From assembly GCF_000014785.1 (NCBI RefSeq), contig NC_008340.1, positions 2,040,001-2,072,000 of the forward strand: a stretch of DNA of 32,000 nt, given 5' to 3'. This DNA is from Alkalilimnicola ehrlichii MLHE-1. Lineage in GTDB: Bacteria; Pseudomonadota; Gammaproteobacteria; Nitrococcales; Halorhodospiraceae. Shown piece by piece: positions 26,700-32,000 of this stretch. The position numbers and the translations under genes were made by a program. Position 1 is the stretch's first letter; every line of letters begins with the position of its first letter. The notes under the pieces were generated by a model that did not search any database, was not told where the DNA came from, and was given only the letters and a program-made list of their open reading frames with translations.

Positions 26700-27905
26700 A
26701 TGAAGATTACCCACACCACACCGACGCTGGAGATCCGCGGGGCCAATATCGCCCGGCCGGCGCTGGCCCTGCGCCTGGACCAGGTGCTGCAGGCCACCGT
26801 GCGCACCGGTCCCGACGGCCACCTGGCTTTGCAGATGGCCAACCACCTGCTCGGTGCCCGCGCCGAGATCCCGCTGCGCGAGGGCGACCGGCTGAGCCTG
26901 CAGGTGGCCGAACTCCAACCCCGGGTCACGCTCAAAGTGCTCGAGCACCGGGGACGCGAGCCGGCCATCAACAACGCCCTGCGCCAGCTATTACCCCAGC
27001 AGGGCAGCCTCGCCCCCCTCCTGGATCAGCTCGCCGCCAGCCGGCCGGGCCGGGGCGAGGCGGCCGCCGGGCGCCAGCTGCCCGCGCCGGTGCGCGAGGC
27101 CGTGAACGCGCTCCTCGCCCGCATCCCCACCGCCGAGCAGGCTGGCCGGCCCGAGGGGTTTCGCCAGGCCCTGCAGCAGGCCGGCCCCCTGCTTGAGGCC
27201 CGTCTCGCCACCCTCCTGCAACCAACGGCCCAAAGCCCGCAGGCCCAGAGCACCGCGGCCGCTCAGGTGCTCAATCAGGACCTCAAGGCGGCGCTGCTGC
27301 GCCTGGCCAGCCGCATCCGCCAGCAGGCCGCCAGCGGCGGTACGCCCCCGGCCGGTCAGAACCGTACCGCTGGCAGTGCGCCGGAGGCGACCGGCCGGGG
27401 CGCCGCGCCACTGCCCGGTCTGCCTGCGGAGGGCCTGCTGGCCACCCTACTGCGCCAGACCGAGAGCGCCCTGGCCCGGGTGCAGTTGCTGCAGGTGCAG
27501 ACCGCGGCACTGGAGCAGCGGCTGGACTTCAGCCTGGACCTGCCGCTGAAGGACGGGGGCGAGCTGGATCTGCTGCGCCTGCGGGTACGCGACGACGACA
27601 GCACCGGGTCGGGGGAGGATGAGGACGGCGGTCGTCCCCTGGAGTTGCGGCTCGGGTTCGACTTCCGGCGCACCGGCCCGCTCCATGCCATCGTGCGGCT
27701 GCGCGGCGAGACGGTGAGCATCGCCTGGTGGGCGGAACGCGACGAGACCGTGGCGGTGCTGGATGATCTCCTGCCCCGCCTGGAGGCCCGCCTGCGCGCC
27801 CAGGGCTTCGAACTGGGCTACATGGGCTGCCAACGGGGCCGGCCACCCCATCCCCCCGAGCCCGACCCCGGGGCGCGCCGGCCCCTGCTGGACCTGAGGG
27901 CCTGA
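26700..27905 (+). CDS. fliK: Flagellar hook-length control protein FliK-like
   Basis: 'LELRLGFDFRRTGPLHAIVRLRGETVSIAWWAERDETVAVLDDLLPRLEARLRAQGFELGYMGCQRGRP' FliK C-terminal-domain-like; adjacent to an FlhB-like gene. Confidence 0.65.
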   Translation: MKITHTTPTLEIRGANIARPALALRLDQVLQATVRTGPDGHLALQMANHLLGARAEIPLREGDRLSLQVAELQPRVTLKVLEHRGREPAINNALRQLLPQQGSLAPLLDQLAASRPGRGEAAAGRQLPAPVREAVNALLARIPTAEQAGRPEGFRQALQQAGPLLEARLATLLQPTAQSPQAQSTAAAQVLNQDLKAALLRLASRIRQQAASGGTPPAGQNRTAGSAPEATGRGAAPLPGLPAEGLLATLLRQTESALARVQLLQVQTAALEQRLDFSLDLPLKDGGELDLLRLRVRDDDSTGSGEDEDGGRPLELRLGFDFRRTGPLHAIVRLRGETVSIAWWAERDETVAVLDDLLPRLEARLRAQGFELGYMGCQRGRPPHPPEPDPGARRPLLDLRA

Positions 27906-27909
27906 ACCG

Positions 27910-28269
27910 GTGAGTGGACGTAACGACAACACCCCGCCCCTGGAGGGCAAGCGCCGCCTGGCCGTGGCCCTGGAGTACGGTGGCCAGGGCGCGCCCCGGG
28001 TGACCGCCAAAGGCGCCGGACCGCTGGCCGAACGCATCATCGAGCTGGCGGCGGAACACGACGTGCCGCTGGAAACCGACGCCGACCTGGTGGCCGTGCT
28101 CGCCCAACTGGAGCTGGAGCAGGCGATCCCCGAGTCGCTCTACCGGGTGGTGGCGGAGGTGATCGCCTTTGCCTACCTGGTGAAGGGCCGTTTTCCGGAG
28201 GGCTGGGAGGAACGGCAGCGCGACCAGGGCGCCCCGCGGGGTGAGACAGGGGCGCAAAGGGACGACTAG
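27910..28269 (+). CDS. EscU/YscU/HrcU family protein, standalone FlhB C-terminal-domain-like
   Basis: 'RRLAVALEYGGQGAPRVTAKGAGPLAERIIELAAEHDVPLETDADLVAVLAQLELEQAIPESLYRVVAEVIAFAYLVKG'. Confidence 0.85.
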   Translation: MSGRNDNTPPLEGKRRLAVALEYGGQGAPRVTAKGAGPLAERIIELAAEHDVPLETDADLVAVLAQLELEQAIPESLYRVVAEVIAFAYLVKGRFPEGWEERQRDQGAPRGETGAQRDD

Positions 28270-28287
28270 CCCCCGGTTGCGGCCACC

Positions 28288-28704
28288 CTATTGCTGGCTC
28301 TGCCCGGCCTGCGGGCCATGCAGGCGCACGATGAGATCCGCCTCCACCTGCCCGACGCCGCAGGTCTCCATGATCTCGGCGGCCCCCATACCCTTGCGTG
28401 CCATCCGGATGGCCTGCTCGTAGCCGGCGGGCGCCGGGGCGCTCTGCGCCACCTGCTCAATGCGCGATTTCAGCCGGGTGAGCTCCTGCTGGGTCTTGGC
28501 GAGCTGATCCCCGGAGCCCACCGCCGCGGTGGACAGCCCCTGGTACTGCTCATTAGTGCGCCGCAGGCCGCTCTCCAGGCCCTCCAACCGGCGCCGCAGC
28601 CGCCGCACCGACGCCACCGCCCGCCAGCTTACCAACAGCGCCAGCACGGCCAGCACCAGGCCGGCGGCACCGAGGTAGAGTGGAAGGGCGTCGGGCAGCT
28701 CCAT
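28288..28704 (-). CDS. DUF2802 domain-containing protein
   Basis: N-terminal TM, coiled region, 'YEQAIRMARKGMGAAEIMETCGVGQVEADLIVRLHG'. Confidence 0.7.
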   Translation of the reverse strand: MELPDALPLYLGAAGLVLAVLALLVSWRAVASVRRLRRRLEGLESGLRRTNEQYQGLSTAAVGSGDQLAKTQQELTRLKSRIEQVAQSAPAPAGYEQAIRMARKGMGAAEIMETCGVGQVEADLIVRLHGPQAGQSQQ

Positions 28705-28707
28705 GGC

Positions 28708-30096
28708 TTATTCGCGTCTCCAGGTGGTCCCCTGCGGGCCGTCCTCGAGGATGATACCCCGTTCCGCCAGTTCGTCGCGAATGCGGTCGGCCTCGGCGAA
28801 GTCCCTGTTCTTGCGGGCCTCGGTGCGGCGGGCGACCAGCGCGTCAATCTCCGCATCCTCATCACCACCGGCGTCGCCGCCGCGCAGGAAGCGCTCGGGG
28901 TCGTCCTGGAGCAGCCCCAGCACGCCGCCCAACACCCTCAACAGCGCCCCCGGGGCCGCCGCTCCGGCGTCGTCGTCCCCCTGCCGCAGGCGATTGACCT
29001 CCCGGGCCAGCTCGAACAACACCGCCAGCGCCTCCGGGGTGTTGAAGTCGTCGTCCATGGCGGCGTGGAAGCGGGCCCGGAAACCCTGCGGGTCCGCCTC
29101 CGGCACCGGCGCCTCCGGCAGGCCGCGCAGCGCCAGGTAGAGTCGCTCCAACGCCCCCTGGGCCTGGCGCAGCCCGTCCAGGGAGTAGTTGAGCGGGCTG
29201 CGGTAATGGCTGGAGAGCAGGAACAGCCGCACCGCCTCGGCGCGGTGCTCGCTGAGCACTTCGCGCACGGTGAAGAAGTTGCCCAGCGACTTGGCCATCT
29301 TCTCGTCATTGATGCGGACGTGGCCGTTGTGCATCCAGTAGTTGACGAAGGGGTGGCCGGTGGCGCACTCGCTCTGGGCGATCTCGTTCTCGTGGTGCGG
29401 AAACTTCAGGTCCAGACCGCCGCCGTGGATGTCGAAGTGATCGCCCAGCACCTGCGTGGACATGGCCGAGCACTCGATATGCCAGCCCGGCCGCCCCTCG
29501 CCCCAGGGCGAGGGCCAGGCGGGCTCTCCGGGGCGGGCCGCCTTCCACAGGGCGAAGTCCACCGGGTCGCGCTTGCCCTCGTCCACCTCGACCCGGGCAC
29601 CGGCGCGCAGGTCCTCCTGCCGTTCCCCGGAGAGCTTGCCGTACTCCGGGTAGCTGGAGACGGCGAAGTAGACGTCGCCATCATCGGCCACGTAGGCGTG
29701 GCCGCGCTCGACCAAGCGCTCGATCATGGCGATGATGTCGTCGATATGGCCGGTGGCCCGCGGCTCGTGGTCCGGGGGCAGCACCCCCAGCGCCTCGGCA
29801 TCCTCATGCATGGCACGGATGAAGCGCTCGGTCACCGCGCCCATGGGCTCGCCGAGTTCGGCAGCGCGGCGGATGATCTTGTCGTCGATATCGGTGATAT
29901 TGCGCACGAAGGTGACCCGGTAGCCGAGGTGGCGCAGGTAGCGGGCTACCATGTCGAACACCACCAGGGCACGGGCATGGCCCAAATGGCAGTAGTCGTA
30001 CACCGTCATGCCGCACACGTACATGCGCACGTGACCGGGTTGGATGGGTTCGAAGCGCTCTTTGCGTTGGGTCAGGCTGTTGTGGATATGCAGCAT
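28708..30096 (-). CDS. cysS: Cysteinyl-tRNA synthetase
   Basis: From ATG 30096: '[55 protein letters not shown]', '[40 protein letters not shown]', 'KMAKSLGNF'. Confidence 0.97.
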   Translation of the reverse strand: MLHIHNSLTQRKERFEPIQPGHVRMYVCGMTVYDYCHLGHARALVVFDMVARYLRHLGYRVTFVRNITDIDDKIIRRAAELGEPMGAVTERFIRAMHEDAEALGVLPPDHEPRATGHIDDIIAMIERLVERGHAYVADDGDVYFAVSSYPEYGKLSGERQEDLRAGARVEVDEGKRDPVDFALWKAARPGEPAWPSPWGEGRPGWHIECSAMSTQVLGDHFDIHGGGLDLKFPHHENEIAQSECATGHPFVNYWMHNGHVRINDEKMAKSLGNFFTVREVLSEHRAEAVRLFLLSSHYRSPLNYSLDGLRQAQGALERLYLALRGLPEAPVPEADPQGFRARFHAAMDDDFNTPEALAVLFELAREVNRLRQGDDDAGAAAPGALLRVLGGVLGLLQDDPERFLRGGDAGGDEDAEIDALVARRTEARKNRDFAEADRIRDELAERGIILEDGPQGTTWRRE

Positions 30097-30161
30097 TCCG
30101 GCGTCCCTGTTCAATTCGTTGATCCCCGGCGTACGGCCCCGGATAGCGGGGGCCGCCCGTT

Positions 30162-31595
30162 TCATGGCGTGGTGGCGGCAAGCTCGCGCGCCTGCTCCAG
30201 CCGACATCGGGCGATATCGACGGGCATCAGGGCGTAGACCGGTCCCAGTTCCGGGCCCCGGCACAGGCCGGTGAGCGCCGCGCGTAGCGGCATGAAGAGC
30301 TGCCGGCCCTTGGCGCCAGTGGCCTTGCGCACGGCCTTGGCCAAGGCCGGGAAGTCACCGGCGGTGGTCTCCAGCTCCGCCAGCGCCGCCTCGTAGAAGG
30401 CCGGCCCGGCGTCGCGGATGACCGCCTCCGTATCCGGTGCCAACGCCGGCAACGGGCCGAACACCCGCTGACCCCACGCCGCCAGGTCGTCAGGGAAGAG
30501 GATGTTGTCCCGCACCGCCGCCAGCAGGGCCCGGCGCCGGTCCGCCGGCACGGCGTCGTCCAGCCGCTCCAGCCAGGGGGCCAGGGTGGCCTCATCGGCC
30601 CGGTGCACCGCCAACTGCTGCCAGTGGCTGAGCTGGTGACGGTCAAAGCGCGCCGGGGCCCGGCCCAGGGCGTCGGTGCGGAAGGCGTCCGCCAGCCCCT
30701 GCAGATCGAGTAACTGCGACTCCACCTCGCCGGTGTAGTGATGACCCAGCCGCGCCAGGTAGTTGAGCACCGCCTCGGGCAGCCAGCCGGCCTCGCGCAG
30801 CTCCGCCACCGACAGGCTGCCGTTGCGCTTGGACAGCGGCGCGCCGTCGTCCCCGGTGATCAGGTTGATGTGGCCGTACTCGGGCTGCGGCAGGTCCAGC
30901 GCCCGCAGCAGCAGGAGCTGGCGCGGGGTGTTGGTCAGATGGTCCTCGCCGCGAAGCACGTGGCTGACCCCCATCAGGGCATCGTCCACCGCGTTGCAGA
31001 AGAAGAACGCCGCCGTGCCGTCGGCGCGGCGGATGATGAAATCACCGATCTCGTCGGTGGGAAAGCGCTGCTCGCCCCGAACCAGGTCGTGGAAGACGAC
31101 GGTCTCCTCCGCCGGCACCCGGAAACGCAGGGTGGGCCGGCGGCCCTCGGCCCGGCGCCGCTCGCGCTCCTCGGCGGTGAGGTGGGCGCAGGTGCCCGCA
31201 TAGCGGGGCGGCTTGCCGGCGGCGCGCTGGGCCTTGCGGGAGAGCTCCAGCTCGCGCTCGGTACAGAAGCAGGGATAGGCCTGGTCCGCTGCCTCCAGTG
31301 CCCGATAGTAGCGCTCATAGACCGCGCCACGCTCCGACTGGTGGTAGGGACCGGCCTCACCGCCGGCCTCCGGGCCCTCATCCCAGTGCAGACCCATCCA
31401 GCGCAGGTCGGCCATCAGCGTCTGGGCGTGGGCGCCGCTGCTGCGGCTCTCGTCGGTATCCTCCAGCCGCAGCAGGAAGCGGCCACCGCGACTGCGTGCC
31501 AGCAGGGCATTGAACAGCGCCGTGCGCAGATTCCCCAGGTGCATGCGGCCGGTGGGGCTGGGGGCGAATCGGGTTTTTACGTTTGTAGGCGTCAT
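30162..31595 (-). CDS. gltX: Glutamyl-tRNA synthetase
   Basis: '[40 protein letters not shown]', '[16 protein letters not shown]'. Confidence 0.97.
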   Translation of the reverse strand: MTPTNVKTRFAPSPTGRMHLGNLRTALFNALLARSRGGRFLLRLEDTDESRSSGAHAQTLMADLRWMGLHWDEGPEAGGEAGPYHQSERGAVYERYYRALEAADQAYPCFCTERELELSRKAQRAAGKPPRYAGTCAHLTAEERERRRAEGRRPTLRFRVPAEETVVFHDLVRGEQRFPTDEIGDFIIRRADGTAAFFFCNAVDDALMGVSHVLRGEDHLTNTPRQLLLLRALDLPQPEYGHINLITGDDGAPLSKRNGSLSVAELREAGWLPEAVLNYLARLGHHYTGEVESQLLDLQGLADAFRTDALGRAPARFDRHQLSHWQQLAVHRADEATLAPWLERLDDAVPADRRRALLAAVRDNILFPDDLAAWGQRVFGPLPALAPDTEAVIRDAGPAFYEAALAELETTAGDFPALAKAVRKATGAKGRQLFMPLRAALTGLCRGPELGPVYALMPVDIARCRLEQARELAATTP

Positions 31596-31723
31596 AACCG
31601 CGCTATGTTATCCGGCCAGGCTCATCCGGCGCAAAAGCGGGCGGAACAAACACCCGTTTTGCGTCGCCCCGCGCGGGCGCAGTATCCTTTCGCTGATACC
31701 GCTCACGGAATAAGAGGACGCCG

Positions 31724-32000
31724 ATGACTGCCCCCCAGGCCCCGATACTTTTCATTGCCGATTTGCACCTCGACGAGCGCCGTCCCGAGATCGTCGAACT
31801 CTTTCTCGCCTTTCTCCAGCGCAGCCGCGATGAGGCGGGGGCGCTGTACATCCTGGGGGATCTGTTCGAGGCGTGGCTGGGGGACGACACCCTCCCCGCG
31901 GAGCACCCGGTCTTGGCCGGTATGCGCGACTTTGCGGCCAGCGGCACCCCGCTGTATGTGATGCGCGGCAACCGCGACTTCCTCATGGGGGAGGGGTTTG
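31724..32000 (+). CDS. lpxH: UDP-2,3-diacylglucosamine diphosphatase, 5' part (runs off window)
   Basis: 'PILFIADLHLDERRPEIVELFLAFLQ...ALYILGDLFEAWLGDD...GTPLYVMRGNRDFLMGEGF' (metallophosphatase motifs). Confidence 0.93.
   Translation, partial: MTAPQAPILFIADLHLDERRPEIVELFLAFLQRSRDEAGALYILGDLFEAWLGDDTLPAEHPVLAGMRDFAASGTPLYVMRGNRDFLMGEGF

Noticed and set aside
28291-30237. 648-aa plus-strand ORF opposite cysS
   Set aside because: Antisense shadow ORF in GC-rich DNA; cysS signature motifs on the other strand explain the coding signal.
1-32000. tRNA/rRNA genes as integration targets
   Set aside because: No tRNA cloverleaf-like or rRNA sequence recognised by eye near the integron boundaries; a tRNAscan-SE run would be decisive.

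Overview
Reading of a 32 kb GC-rich gammaproteobacterial chromosomal window. Taxon inference: Ectothiorhodospiraceae-like, from gene content only. Left part (about 440-16000) is a chromosomal integron: an integrase gene (14591..15979, +), an IS91-type transposase ORF, and a minus-strand gene-cassette array delimited by six attC-like sites that I could fold by hand (1222-1282, 8514-8603, 9220-9288, 10203-10274, 11142-11217, 13045-13158). The plus strand of every site shows extrahelical bases in the right arm, as expected for the recombinogenic bottom strand of cassettes read on the minus strand. Cassette cargo is dominated by conflict/defence-type genes: (i) a complete type I restriction-modification operon hsdM-hsdS-orfX-hsdR in one ~7.3 kb cassette, with an extra small ORF that may be a nuclease; (ii) a single-gene CHAT/caspase-like protease; (iii) a two-gene operon pairing a DUF262 (ParB/Srx-like, DGLQR motif) protein with a small HEPN (RHSIAH) protein; (iv) an N-terminally membrane-anchored protein of unknown function; (v) a poly-gamma-glutamate hydrolase-like protein; (vi) a distal YefM/YoeB toxin-antitoxin pair next to the 3' end of an AsmA-like gene. 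Right part (16294-32000) is ordinary chromosome: mfd, csiV-like, histidine kinase/response regulator, a repeat-rich intergenic region, lysS, prfB with its programmed +1 frameshift, a GGDEF protein, fliK-like, flhB C-terminal-like, DUF2802, cysS, gltX and the 5' part of lpxH. All family assignments come from reading motifs; no database searches were run.
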